Counted from the first letter of the stretch, positions 30,468 to 40,992 are shown. The stretch is DNA of 64,000 nt from Abditibacteriaceae bacterium (GCA_965277285.1 OZ255721.1:960001-1024000), one strand, 5' to 3'. Numbers and translations are program-made. Notes: generated from the sequence alone by a model not told the origin.

Positions 30468-31241
30468 TCACTTCACAACAAATTTCAACTTGCGGAACAC
30501 AGCTTTGGCTTGGGCGCCCGTCAGAAAAAGAACGAAATTTTTGGCGGCGACAGGGTTTTCAGTGTCGCGCACCACGGCGGCAGGATAACGAATCGGGCTG
30601 TGAAACGTTTCCGGCGCGACGGCGACGACGCGCACTTGGTTGGAAATCGCGGCATCGCTTCCGTAAACGATGCCCGCTTCGACGTTGCCCAATGCGACTT
30701 GGGCCAGCACTTCGCGCACGTCTTTGCCTTGCACAGCCTTGGGAAAAACCTGATTCCACACGCCGATTTTGGTCAACACTTGCTGCGCATATTTTCCGGC
30801 GGGAACCGAAGACGGCGCACCAATAGCGACGTGCGCAACGCTCGGGCGCGCCAGATCGCGGAAGCTGCGAATCGCATTGGCGCCGTTTCGAGTACTCGAT
30901 TGCGGAACGATCAGCACCAAACGATTGCCCGCGATCTCGCGCCGCGTCGTTGCATCAATCAGGTTTTGCGACGCCAGATCGTTCATGTTTTTGTCGGACG
31001 CCGCGATGAAAACATCGACCGGCGCGCCTTGCTCGATTTGACTTTGCAAGGTTCCCGACGCGCCAAAGTTGAAATGCAGCGCGACGTTTGGCTGCGCTCG
31101 ACCGTAATCGCGTGCGATTTGCGTCAGCGCATCTTTCAAGCTGGCTGCCGCCGAAACCGTGAGTTCGACCTTTTGCGCGTGCGCCGCTATTATCGAAAAA
31201 CCTAACAAGCACAAGGCCAAAAGCGAGGTTCTAATTTTCAT
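30468..31241 (-). CDS. modA: Molybdate ABC transporter substrate-binding protein
   Basis: SAAASL, GASGTL..QIEQGAPVDVF, VPAGKYA. Confidence 0.93.
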   Translation of the reverse strand: MKIRTSLLALCLLGFSIIAAHAQKVELTVSAAASLKDALTQIARDYGRAQPNVALHFNFGASGTLQSQIEQGAPVDVFIAASDKNMNDLASQNLIDATTRREIAGNRLVLIVPQSSTRNGANAIRSFRDLARPSVAHVAIGAPSSVPAGKYAQQVLTKIGVWNQVFPKAVQGKDVREVLAQVALGNVEAGIVYGSDAAISNQVRVVAVAPETFHSPIRYPAAVVRDTENPVAAKNFVLFLTGAQAKAVFRKLKFVVK

Positions 31242-31257
31242 AATCGAGTAATCCATA

Positions 31258-31947
31258 TTAAATTTGGCGACGTTTTGAACAACGCAGCCACACGTTCAAG
31301 CCTACTACAAACAACACGTTGAAAATTGTCACGACCAGAGCATAAAATCCCGCGGTGCGAAAATCGCGGTTTTCTGCCGCCATATAAATCGCGGTCGGCG
31401 CGGTCACGGTTTTGCCTTCGATGTTGCCCGCCACCATAATCGTCGCGCCGAATTCGCCCAGAGCGCGCGCGAACGACAACACGGCGCCCGCCGCCAAACC
31501 CGTCCAAGAAAGCGGCAACGAAACTGTCCAGAACACGTGCGTCTTCGATGCGCCCAAGGAACGCGCCGCATCCAACAAATGCGTGTCAGTATTGAGAAAA
31601 GCCGCTTTCGCGCTTTGATACATCAAGGGAAAGGCGACGACCGACGAGGCTAAAACCGCCGCGAAAGGCGTGAAAATCAAGCGCCACTTGAACGTTTGGT
31701 AAAGCCATGCGCCGACGATTCCGTAACGTCCCAGCAGAACTAATAGAACGTAACCTGTCACAACTGGCGGCAAAACCAGCGGCAGCAAGAAAATCGCGTC
31801 GAGAAGATCGCGTCCCCAAAAGCGCGAGCGCGCCGTCCAGTGCGCCGCGAAAGTTCCCAGCCAGAACGTCAACGCCAACGCCGCGCCCGCCACTTTGAAC
31901 GACAAAACGAGCGGCTGCCAATCGAAAGTTTGCAACGAAAAATTCAC
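31258..31947 (-). CDS. modB: Molybdate ABC transporter permease
   Basis: LPLVLPPVVTG, FARALGEFGATI. Confidence 0.93.
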   Translation of the reverse strand: MNFSLQTFDWQPLVLSFKVAGAALALTFWLGTFAAHWTARSRFWGRDLLDAIFLLPLVLPPVVTGYVLLVLLGRYGIVGAWLYQTFKWRLIFTPFAAVLASSVVAFPLMYQSAKAAFLNTDTHLLDAARSLGASKTHVFWTVSLPLSWTGLAAGAVLSFARALGEFGATIMVAGNIEGKTVTAPTAIYMAAENRDFRTAGFYALVVTIFNVLFVVGLNVWLRCSKRRQI

Positions 31948-31997
31948 TCCGCGATGTCATCCAACAAACTTCGCGCAGTGTAGCAAAGCCACCCGAA

Positions 31998-32037
31998 AAC
32001 AAAGTCGTGTATCGAGTACTCGATACGCGACTTTGTT
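31998..32037. terminator. Hairpin centred on TCGAGTACTCGA
   Basis: AACAAAGTCGTGTATCGAGTACTCGATACGCGACTTTGTT. Confidence 0.6.
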
Positions 32038-32213
32038 ACCTGGCTCAAACTCCATTCCCGACCCTTCATTATGAATGCATCATTCCGAGCATAGGGAAAG
32101 TAGACAAAATACCACGAAGCCGCCAGTCAGTCATTCTTCGCTGCTCTTCAGAGTGACTGACTGGCGGTTTCGGGGTGTTGCGTTGTATTTAGCTGTATTT
32201 AAGAGATAGCTTC

Positions 32214-33884
32214 TCAATAAACGTCGCGTCCGTAGCGGCCTTCGCGCGCCATTTTTGCGACGTAAGATTTGGCATCGGCTTCGTTCATGCCGCCATGTTC
32301 ACGCGCGACTTCCTGTAAAGCCGCATCGACATCTTTGGCCATGCGACGCGCATCGCCGCAGACGTAAAAATGCGCGCCATCTTGCAGCCATTGCCACAAC
32401 TCCGCGCCATGTTCTTTCATGCGATGCTGAACATAAATCTTCTCGGCCTGGTCGCGCGAAAACGCCGTGTCCAGTCGCGTCAACAAACCGCTGTTCGAGT
32501 ACTCGAGCAGTTCATGCTGATATAAATAATCGCTTTCCTGGCGCTGATCGCCGAAAAACAGCCAGTTTTTGCCAGTCGCGTTTGTCGCCGCGCGTTCCTG
32601 CAAAAAGGCGCGAAAAGGTGCGATTCCGGTTCCCGGCCCAACCATAATCATTGGCGTATTGCTATCGGCTGGCGGGCGAAAACCGTGTGAGGGCTGCACA
32701 AAAACGCCGGCGCGCATTCCGGGACGCATTCGTTCCGACAAAAAGGTGGACGCGACGCCTTTGCGCACGCGCTCGCAGCCCGCACGCTCGTAGCGCACCA
32801 CGCCAACTGTCAAATGCACTTGTTCGGGATGCGCCTTGAGCGACGACGCGATACTGTAAAGTCGCGGGCGCAACGGAGATAACGAAGAAATCAGTTCGCC
32901 GATTTCACTGCGCGAAGTTGTGCGCACCGAGCCGCAATCGTCCAGCACATCCAAAATATCGCGGCCTTCGAGATAATTTTCCGTATCGTCCTGCGCCAGT
33001 TCCGCCAGCTTGCTCGATTCGGTCGGATCGCTCGCCAGGCGCGACATCGTTTGCAGGAATTCATCGTTGCAAGTGTTGATGACATAGGCTTTGCCAAGCG
33101 CAATTCGACACGGGACAATGGTGCCTTCAGGCGTTACAACAGGCTCTTCGCCGGTCGCTTCCAGGCGTTCCAAAAGCAGTTCAACCAGGTCGTGACAGTT
33201 TTCGGGATAAACGCCCAGAGCGTCGCCGACTTCATATTCCAGGCCGCTGCCGCGCAAATCGAGCGACACGAATTGCACATCTTTCGCCGAATCTTTGCGC
33301 GTGAGGGGCGCGACTTCCAAAACGGTGGCCGGAAATGGATTCGCCTTGTCATACGAGGGAATCACAATTTCTGCTTTGTCGTTCGCTGGAACAACCGCCG
33401 CTTGATTGCGCTCGACTTGCGCTGGTTGCAGCGCGGGAAGACTCGGTTCTCCTGCAGGCTTTTCGGCGACGAGTTGCTTCAACTTTTTCATCGTTTCGCC
33501 GCCGCCGGGCGTGCATTTTTTGAGGTCTTTATCGGCTCCGCTGGCGATCGCTTCAGCGTAGGTCTGACAAAGATAGCCGCAGGTTCCGCAATCGAGTTGC
33601 GCCATCGCCGCCATCAATTGACGCGGAAACGCTTTACCGTCGGCGAGTTGCATTCGTTCATCAATCGGCAAGTTCGGATCGTGCCACGGAAAATCTTCGT
33701 CTTCGGCAGGCGCTGCTTCGACCAATTGAGTACTCGATTGCGGCATCAGCGCGGACGAGTTCGCGTTATTTGCCGCGCCGTTCCCTGGCGCGTCAAGGCC
33801 GAGCAAACCAGCGAAAAAACCATTGAGCCAGGCGCGTTGATCATCGTTAAAGGGCGCGCTGGGCGGCAAGATGGGAATGGACAT
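32214..33884 (-). CDS. CysJ-like flavoprotein reductase subunit with N-terminal Fe-S domain
   Basis: DCGTCGY.C...C, RLYSIASS, GPGTGIAPFR, YVCGDA, RDVY terminus. Confidence 0.88.
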   Translation of the reverse strand: MSIPILPPSAPFNDDQRAWLNGFFAGLLGLDAPGNGAANNANSSALMPQSSTQLVEAAPAEDEDFPWHDPNLPIDERMQLADGKAFPRQLMAAMAQLDCGTCGYLCQTYAEAIASGADKDLKKCTPGGGETMKKLKQLVAEKPAGEPSLPALQPAQVERNQAAVVPANDKAEIVIPSYDKANPFPATVLEVAPLTRKDSAKDVQFVSLDLRGSGLEYEVGDALGVYPENCHDLVELLLERLEATGEEPVVTPEGTIVPCRIALGKAYVINTCNDEFLQTMSRLASDPTESSKLAELAQDDTENYLEGRDILDVLDDCGSVRTTSRSEIGELISSLSPLRPRLYSIASSLKAHPEQVHLTVGVVRYERAGCERVRKGVASTFLSERMRPGMRAGVFVQPSHGFRPPADSNTPMIMVGPGTGIAPFRAFLQERAATNATGKNWLFFGDQRQESDYLYQHELLEYSNSGLLTRLDTAFSRDQAEKIYVQHRMKEHGAELWQWLQDGAHFYVCGDARRMAKDVDAALQEVAREHGGMNEADAKSYVAKMAREGRYGRDVY

Positions 33885-33971
33885 AAGAGATAAGAACGTA
33901 GGGGTTTGGCGTGCCAAACCCTGTAAATGGAACTTGCTGTGACAAGGGCTTGGCACGCCAAGCCCCAACAT

Positions 33972-35813
33972 TTAGATAATCGCCATCGCTTGCAGTTCTT
34001 CAGTAGAAAAGCGGCGGCACCACTCGAGAAACGTTTCGGTTTCGTGTTCGCGCGTTGCTTGATAATTTTCTAAGAGCGCACTGAGTACTCGATCGGCGTC
34101 GCTGGCTTTCATTTCGCGCAAAATTTCGCGCGCGATGCCCTGCTCGTCGCCGTAACCGCCGCCGACATACAAGTGATAACCTTCCACCATGTCGTCGCCT
34201 TCCTCGACTTTGGTGCCCAGCATTCCGATGTCGCCGATGTAATGCTGAGCGCACGAATTGGGACAACCCGTCAGGTGAATGTTGAGCGGCGTATCAATTT
34301 TCAGGCGCGCCTCGAGCGAATCGGCGATTTGCAGCGCGTGACCTTTGGTATTAGTGTTGGCGAACTTGCAGCCTTGATTTCCCGTGCAAGCCACCAACGC
34401 GCCGCGAATGCTGCTCGCTTCGGCCGCCAAACCCAATTGTTTAACAGCTTCGAGTACTCGATCCACATTTTCTTCGCGCACATCGGAAATCAACAGGTTT
34501 TGCCAAACGGTCAGGCGAATCGTGCCGCTGCCGTATTTGTCGGCGATGTCGGCCAGACCGACAGCTTGCTCGTTTTGAATGCGTCCCACAGGCAGCAGAA
34601 CGCCGATGTAGAACAAGCCGTCCTGGCGTTGCGCATGAACGCCCAGATGTCCATGTTTTTGCGTTTGCGGACGCGCTTCGCACTCTTCGAGAGGAAAACG
34701 TCCCATCGGGAAGGGCAGCAATTTCTGCGTTTCTTCCAGAAACTTTTCCACGCCCCAGCGGTCGAGAAGATATTTCAGGCGCGCTTTTTTGCGGTCGGTG
34801 CGGTCGCCGTGCGCGATGAAAACTTTCACCATCGCGCTGGCAACGGGAACGCATTCTTCCGGTTTCAACATTAGGCCGGTATCGCGCGCGAAGTCGCCGT
34901 GTCCCGTAATGCCGCCCAGTTGGACGCGAAAGTAAACGCCTTCGGGCAGCGACTTGCCATCGAGTACTCGAACCGCGAGAAAGCCGATGTCGTTGGTGTC
35001 GGCGACCGCGGAAATTGCGCCGCCGCCATCGAAAGCGATGTTGAATTTGCGGGGCAAGCCATACAATTCGCGGTGATGCAGAATGTGATAGTGCATTTCC
35101 GCCGTTAAAGGCCGCGTGTCGAACAATTCTTCGCGGTCGATGCCGGCTGTCGGCGCGCCCGTGATATTGCGCAAATTGTCGGCGCCTGCGCCACGCGTCA
35201 CGATGCCAGCGTCTTGCAAACCCATCAAAAGATCGGGCGCGTTGGCGACGGCGATTTCGCGGATTTGCAGGTTGGCGCGCGTCGTGACATCGGTGTAGCC
35301 GCCGCCATAAAGACGCGCCATTTCCGCGACTTTGCGCATCTGAAAAGATGTTAAAATGCCGCCGTGAAAGCGCATACGACACATAAAACTGTCTTGCGCA
35401 GGCGCCACGTAAAAAATCCCGTGCGTTTTGAAACGAAAAACGTCCAAACCTTTGGGATTCCTGTTTTCTTCCGCGTGCTGCACGATTTCGTCCCACGCAT
35501 CCAGCGGATTGGAGGCGCGTTTCATCGCTTCTTCAGGGCACAACTTGCCGCCTTCAGCTTCTGTGCGATTCCACGCTTCAAAATGAATCGCGTCTGGGCC
35601 GACGGGAACGTTTACGGGAACGTTTTGAGTACTCGATGAAACGTTTTGCGCAGTTTGTGACAGGCCCAACGCAGACGCGAAAGTTGGCAGGTTGCGCGAC
35701 GAACGCGCCAGGTCGGTGCCGCTGACAAAGCCTTGCAGGAAGTTTTTTTGTTCGTCGGAAAAGCCGTTGTTTTGCAGCGCGCCGTTATTCGATTGGTCGA
35801 GAGTGGAAGTCAT
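33972..35813 (-). CDS. nirA: NirA-type siroheme nitrite reductase
   Basis: TTRANLQIR, LPRKFNIA, ACTGNQGC, TGCPNSC; nitrate cluster context. Confidence 0.88.
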   Translation of the reverse strand: MTSTLDQSNNGALQNNGFSDEQKNFLQGFVSGTDLARSSRNLPTFASALGLSQTAQNVSSSTQNVPVNVPVGPDAIHFEAWNRTEAEGGKLCPEEAMKRASNPLDAWDEIVQHAEENRNPKGLDVFRFKTHGIFYVAPAQDSFMCRMRFHGGILTSFQMRKVAEMARLYGGGYTDVTTRANLQIREIAVANAPDLLMGLQDAGIVTRGAGADNLRNITGAPTAGIDREELFDTRPLTAEMHYHILHHRELYGLPRKFNIAFDGGGAISAVADTNDIGFLAVRVLDGKSLPEGVYFRVQLGGITGHGDFARDTGLMLKPEECVPVASAMVKVFIAHGDRTDRKKARLKYLLDRWGVEKFLEETQKLLPFPMGRFPLEECEARPQTQKHGHLGVHAQRQDGLFYIGVLLPVGRIQNEQAVGLADIADKYGSGTIRLTVWQNLLISDVREENVDRVLEAVKQLGLAAEASSIRGALVACTGNQGCKFANTNTKGHALQIADSLEARLKIDTPLNIHLTGCPNSCAQHYIGDIGMLGTKVEEGDDMVEGYHLYVGGGYGDEQGIAREILREMKASDADRVLSALLENYQATREHETETFLEWCRRFSTEELQAMAII

Positions 35814-35990
35814 AGTTATCACTTGGAAAATCGCGTAGATTTAGGGTGCGATAACTTTAGAATGACAGTTGAATGTTACGTTGTCCCGCGCGGCTTCATT
35901 TATTTCGCGTTAACTTTTTGTTTCACGCAAGTTAACGCAGTCAAAGTTCATGGCACGTTTCAGGCGCGAAACGTGGAAAGTAAAAGTGTT

Positions 35991-37139
35991 ATGTCGAATG
36001 TTTCTTTCAGGCCGCGAAAATGGTGGATAGAATGGTTGGAGCCGCGTCGCTTCGAGCCGGAAGTCGAAACACTTTATCGCACGCGGCGCAACGAGGCAGC
36101 GCTTCCCGTGTCGCGCGCCTTGCTTTTGCTGGCGTCGCTGGGCGTTTTGCTGTTTAGCGCGTGGGATTACGAAATCGATCCAACGATTGTGCCGCGCACG
36201 CTGCCGGTTCGATTTTTGTGCAGCGCGATGAGCCTGGTTTTGTGGGTGGCGATTCCTTTACCGTCGTTTCGCAAGCGATTGAGTTGGGTTTTCTCGATCA
36301 ACGCGCTGGCCGCGACGCTGACCATCGCGTGGGTTCTCGTTGTCGTGCCAGACGGGTTTTTGTGGGGCTTGTCCGGCTTCTTTTATGTGCCGCTTTCGCT
36401 ACTCGTGCTGCCCAAGTTCCGCGTTGTCGCCCTGACTTGCGCACTTTCGCTGGTCATCGTGAACGTCGTCATGTACTTCGACGAGGCCACGTACCGCGTC
36501 ATCTTTAACGCGAATTTTTTTCTGGGATTTATGTGCTTGATGAGTGGCGTGCTGGCGTTTTTGAACGAAGTGCGCGACCGCCGCGTTTTTCAACTGGAAC
36601 AAGAACTCGAACATCTGGCCAACTGCGACAGCTTGAGCGGCGCGTTCAATCGGCGTTATTTCGAGGAAACGGCGCGCGCTGAAATCGAACGCGCACGTCG
36701 CTACAATCATCCTCTTTCACTGTTGATGATGGACGCCGATCACTTCAAGCGCATTAATGACACGCATGGCCATGCGGTTGGCGACAGGGCGATTCGCGCG
36801 ATTGTCGAAAGCAGCCAGGGCGTTTTTCGCACGAGCGACTTGCTGGCGCGCATGGGCGGCGAAGAGTTCGCGGTTCTGCTGCCGGAAACGGACAGCGACG
36901 CCGCGCAGCAAATTGCCGAACGTGTGCAAGAAAAACTGCGGCGCCTCGAAATTTCAACTTCTACTGGAACAACCCAAACTCCCAATTTTCTCACGCTGAC
37001 AATTAGTATTGGCGTCGCTTCGCTGCACATCAGCGATACCATCGAAACATTGCTGCAACGCGCCGATGTCGCACTTTACGAAGCCAAACATCAAGGCCGC
37101 AACCGCGTTGTCATTCGCGCTTTTCAAGAATTAACGTGA
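35991..37139 (+). CDS. Membrane-bound diguanylate cyclase (GGEEF)
   Basis: TM region, DADHFKRINDTHGHAVGD, RMGGEEF. Confidence 0.92.
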   Translation: MSNVSFRPRKWWIEWLEPRRFEPEVETLYRTRRNEAALPVSRALLLLASLGVLLFSAWDYEIDPTIVPRTLPVRFLCSAMSLVLWVAIPLPSFRKRLSWVFSINALAATLTIAWVLVVVPDGFLWGLSGFFYVPLSLLVLPKFRVVALTCALSLVIVNVVMYFDEATYRVIFNANFFLGFMCLMSGVLAFLNEVRDRRVFQLEQELEHLANCDSLSGAFNRRYFEETARAEIERARRYNHPLSLLMMDADHFKRINDTHGHAVGDRAIRAIVESSQGVFRTSDLLARMGGEEFAVLLPETDSDAAQQIAERVQEKLRRLEISTSTGTTQTPNFLTLTISIGVASLHISDTIETLLQRADVALYEAKHQGRNRVVIRAFQELT

Positions 37140-37250
37140 ATCATAGAACACGGAGGCTTTGCCTACACGGATTGATCTGTTCAATCCGTGTAGGCGAAGC
37201 CTCCGTGTTCTCTAAATCATCTGACTTCCTATCGTTTTGAGTACTCGATT

Positions 37251-38396
37251 TCAGGCTGGCATTTGCAAACATCCGACATCGATAATCGCGGTTCCAGGCG
37301 CATCAGAAGCGATGTGAATTTCAATCTGCGAACCGGCGATAATTGGTTCGACAATCGCCATCGGAATATAAACAGTCGCATTGGGCGCGACCGGAATCAG
37401 GCGGTGCAGATCGCCATTGACGACGGTGGAAAGGCAAACCATGCTGGGGCATTGAACGCCCGCGCGCAGGTAGCGAATGCCAGCGATGCAATGCGGCGGC
37501 ACGGTGTACGAAAGTTTGTGCGATAGAAGTTGCGGATTGCGCAAACCGGTCGCTTCAAAGTCGAAAACGCCTTGCAATAAAATTGGCTTGCCGATGCCGA
37601 CGCCGACCAGATCGGGACGTTTTTCGTCTTTCGCCATGTTCAATCTCCCCAGCCAAAACTCGCGCTGACGCTCTTTTTCGCGCGTCGTGACGCGACCTGT
37701 GCGCGCCGTCAAACCTGCCAGAGCCGTGTTCGTCGCGCCATGTTCCATCGCGTCTTCGTCGTTGAAGAAAGCGCGCATTTTCGTCAGAGCGCCCGCCAAA
37801 CGGTTGCGCACAGCCGAACGCGAAATGCCGCATTCCGCCGCGACTTCCTGCTCGGTTTTGCCCAAAACGCAACAACTCCACACGGCTTGGCGCTGCGCAT
37901 CAGTCAAGGTCGCCAGCGCCGCGCGCAAACTGATCGCTTGCTCCAGATGCGCCGTCAGGTCGCTCGCCTCGCCGTTTTCGGTGCGATTCGAGTACTCGAT
38001 TTCACTGTCTTCGCCGTCGTTGTCCAGCCCCAATTGCGACCACGGCGTTTCGTAACGGTTTTGCGAACGCAGCCAGGCGCGCCCGTCCCAATCGATCATG
38101 CGACTGATATAAAGCGCGAAATAAACGCCGCGCGACGCTTGAAAACCTTGCAACCGCGTCAGAAAAGACAGGCGAACCTGCGCGTAAACGTCGTCCCATT
38201 CAACGCCCGTCAAGCGCGATTGCAAAATCACCCACAACTTTTGCACGCGCGAGCGCAGCAACGGCTCAAACTGCGAAAGCAGCCTTTCAAGCGCCGCCTG
38301 ATCGCCCTTTTGAGCGCGTGCCACCATCGCCTCGATGCTGTCCTCAGCGGGAAAACAGCGAGCGAAATCGCGTTCTGCTTCAACAATGGCGGACAT
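37251..38396 (-). CDS. Sigma70/ECF-like sigma factor with a C-terminal beta-rich domain
   Basis: Region 2 (AQKGDQAALERL...F.ASRGVYF) and region 4 HTH (EQEVAAECGISRSAVRNR), plus a 128-aa extension. Confidence 0.8.
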   Translation of the reverse strand: MSAIVEAERDFARCFPAEDSIEAMVARAQKGDQAALERLLSQFEPLLRSRVQKLWVILQSRLTGVEWDDVYAQVRLSFLTRLQGFQASRGVYFALYISRMIDWDGRAWLRSQNRYETPWSQLGLDNDGEDSEIEYSNRTENGEASDLTAHLEQAISLRAALATLTDAQRQAVWSCCVLGKTEQEVAAECGISRSAVRNRLAGALTKMRAFFNDEDAMEHGATNTALAGLTARTGRVTTREKERQREFWLGRLNMAKDEKRPDLVGVGIGKPILLQGVFDFEATGLRNPQLLSHKLSYTVPPHCIAGIRYLRAGVQCPSMVCLSTVVNGDLHRLIPVAPNATVYIPMAIVEPIIAGSQIEIHIASDAPGTAIIDVGCLQMPA

Positions 38397-38573
38397 GAAG
38401 TCACCTCGCTTTCAACAAAGCGGAAGTGTAAGCCTGGCACAACGCGCCGCCGTTTCCATCGTGTTAATTTTGGATTTCGCGTCCCAACACCGAAACTGCG
38501 CCGAAGACGCTACACTAAAAATAAGATAAAAGAACGACTTCGAGTACTCGAATCGAGAGAAAGGACAACAACG

Positions 38574-40424
38574 ATGGCGATTATTAGCGCGACCAATTTG
38601 CGCTTGAGTTTTGGTAACGCACCGGTTTTAGATGGTGTGCAATTTCAAATTGAAGCGGGCGAGCGCGTCTCGTTAGTCGGCAGAAACGGCGAAGGCAAAA
38701 GCTCTTTGCTGAAGATTCTCAGCGGCGAAATCAAGCCCGACGGCGGAGAAATCGTGCTGCAAAAAGGCGCCAAAGTTTCGACGCTGGCGCAGGAAGTTCC
38801 CAACAATATCACGGGCCGCGTGCGCGATGTCGTCGCTGCATCCGGCGAAAACCTCGCGCATGAAATTCACGATCACGAAATCGACGCCGTTCTCCATCGC
38901 TTGAACATTGACGACGAAGCCGAATTCGGAACGCTCAGCGGCGGCTTGAAACGTCGCGTTTTACTGGCGCGCGCCCTGGTTTCCGAACCCGATTTGCTGC
39001 TGCTGGACGAACCGACGAACCACTTGGACATCGACTCGATTTTGTGGATGGAAGAGTTTCTTTTGCGCGCGGGTTGCGCCCTGCTCTTCGTGACACACGA
39101 CCGCCAATTCCTGCAAAGATTGGCAACGCGCATCGTTGAAATCGACCGAGGCAAAATCTCGTCCTGGTCGTGCGATTACGCCACTTATCTCGAGCGCAAA
39201 GCCGCGCTCTTGGAAAGCGAAGCGCATCAAAACGCTTTGTTCGACAAAAAACTGGCGCAGGAAGAAGTGTGGGTTCGCAAAGGCGTCAAGGCGCGCACCA
39301 CGCGCAACGAAGGCCGCGTCCGCGAACTGAAACGTTTGCGCGATGAACGCCAACAACGCCGCGAAATCAGTGGGCCGGTGCGCATCGAAACCCAGCAAAC
39401 CGAACGTTCCGGCCACAAAGTTATCGAAGCCAAAAACGCCAGTTACGCTTATCCACCAGTCGACATCAAGTACTCGAAAGCGGCTGACGAGCAAGCTCAA
39501 TCGCCGATTATCCGCGATTTTTCGACCTTGATTATGCGCGGCGATAAAGTCGGCATCATCGGGCCAAACGGTGCCGGAAAAACGACGCTGTTGCGCCTGA
39601 TGTTGGGACAACTCGCGCCAAACAGCGGCGAAATCAAGCTGGGAACGCGCCTGCAAATCGCTTATTTCGACCAACTTCGCGCGCAACTCGACAACGACAA
39701 ATCGGTGCAGCAAAACGTGGCGGGCGAAAACGACACGGTTTTGGTCAACGGCGAGCGGCGCCACATCGTCGGCTATTTGCAGGAATGGCTGTTTTCTTCG
39801 GAACGCGCGCGCACCAAAGCCAGCGTTCTCAGCGGCGGCGAGCGCAATCGCTTGCTGCTGGCGAAACTTTTTACGCAGCCGTCCAACGTTCTGGTGATGG
39901 ACGAACCGACCAACGATCTGGACATCGAAACGCTCGATTTGCTGGAAGATGTTCTGGTCAATTACGCGGGAACGTTGCTTGTCGTCAGCCACGACCGCGA
40001 CTTTTTGAACAACGTGGCGACCAGCATCATCGCACCGTTGGAAGCCGGACGTTGGCGCGAAACCATCGGCGGCTACGACGATTGGCTGCGTCAAAGTCAA
40101 GCTGAACAAAAGGCCGAAGCCGCGCTCGCAAATCCGCCCAAAATTGCGAAAAACTCATTACGCGAAACGCCGCAAAATGGTTCGCGCCCGCGCAAAATGA
40201 GCTTCAAGGAAACGCGCGAACTGGAAGAAATGCCATCGCGCATCGAACAATTGGAAGCCGAACACGAGCGTTTAGTCGAAGTGTTGGCAAACCCCGAACT
40301 TTACAAGAACGATCCGCAAAAAGCCGCGCAATCGAGTACTCGATTAGCGCAAATCGAAGCCGAAATGACGACGGCGTTCGCGCGCTGGGAAGCATTGGAA
40401 GCGATGCAGAAAAGCACGATTTGA
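38574..40424 (+). CDS. uup: ABC-F family ATPase, Uup-like
   Basis: Two ABC domains, EEVWVRKGVKARTTRNEGRVR linker, C-terminal coiled coil. Confidence 0.88.
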   Translation: MAIISATNLRLSFGNAPVLDGVQFQIEAGERVSLVGRNGEGKSSLLKILSGEIKPDGGEIVLQKGAKVSTLAQEVPNNITGRVRDVVAASGENLAHEIHDHEIDAVLHRLNIDDEAEFGTLSGGLKRRVLLARALVSEPDLLLLDEPTNHLDIDSILWMEEFLLRAGCALLFVTHDRQFLQRLATRIVEIDRGKISSWSCDYATYLERKAALLESEAHQNALFDKKLAQEEVWVRKGVKARTTRNEGRVRELKRLRDERQQRREISGPVRIETQQTERSGHKVIEAKNASYAYPPVDIKYSKAADEQAQSPIIRDFSTLIMRGDKVGIIGPNGAGKTTLLRLMLGQLAPNSGEIKLGTRLQIAYFDQLRAQLDNDKSVQQNVAGENDTVLVNGERRHIVGYLQEWLFSSERARTKASVLSGGERNRLLLAKLFTQPSNVLVMDEPTNDLDIETLDLLEDVLVNYAGTLLVVSHDRDFLNNVATSIIAPLEAGRWRETIGGYDDWLRQSQAEQKAEAALANPPKIAKNSLRETPQNGSRPRKMSFKETRELEEMPSRIEQLEAEHERLVEVLANPELYKNDPQKAAQSSTRLAQIEAEMTTAFARWEALEAMQKSTI

Positions 40425-40431
40425 AAGTGTC

Positions 40432-40965
40432 TCAGCGTTCTGTTGCCTGCCTGTCAATGAACCGTGCGACTTCAATGAACCGTGCGACTTGCGTAATCGC
40501 TTCTTCTCCGTTGATGTTGGCGAACCAGTAGCCACTCGACCAAATGTGTTCTTGTCCTTTGCGTTGCGGGACACGCAAAAGGTACGAAGCCAGTTTGCTT
40601 TTGAGACGCCCGATGGCTTGTCCATGTGTCGGCGGCGCTGGAGCTAAAAGAAGTTGTACGCAGGTTGTATTCACGGCGTAGCAAATTACTGGCAAGCCAC
40701 CGACAATTCTATCGTGATCTGGTGCAATCAAATCGGACAAGTAATCGGCAGTTTCCTTTGCTTCGTTGAGCGAAAGCGAAATGATTTCCTTAGGCGTTAA
40801 TGTCGAAGACGCGCCTCTGAACAGAGGTTTGGACAGTTCATCATAAAAACCCTTTTGCGCCAGTTGCTCATATAAATCGCCCAAAGACGACCAATTCCCT
40901 TTTGCCTCGTGCGGCTGTGGGTAATGATACGTCGTCCAAATGATATGCAGCCCATCGAAAGCCAT
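40432..40965 (-). CDS. Y1/HUH (IS200/RAYT-like) transposase-fold protein, apparently lacking catalytic residues
   Basis: HIIWTTY, RLKS, IWSSGYW pattern; HUH position reads CVQ and catalytic Tyr position reads F. Confidence 0.55.
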   Translation of the reverse strand: MAFDGLHIIWTTYHYPQPHEAKGNWSSLGDLYEQLAQKGFYDELSKPLFRGASSTLTPKEIISLSLNEAKETADYLSDLIAPDHDRIVGGLPVICYAVNTTCVQLLLAPAPPTHGQAIGRLKSKLASYLLRVPQRKGQEHIWSSGYWFANINGEEAITQVARFIEVARFIDRQATER

Positions 40966-40992
40966 AGCCTACGATTTTAACAACAACGTTTT

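Noticed and set aside
37740..38573. 278-aa N-terminal extension of the ABC-F ORF
   Set aside because: Antisense to the sigma factor gene; the ABC domain starts at the ATG at 38574
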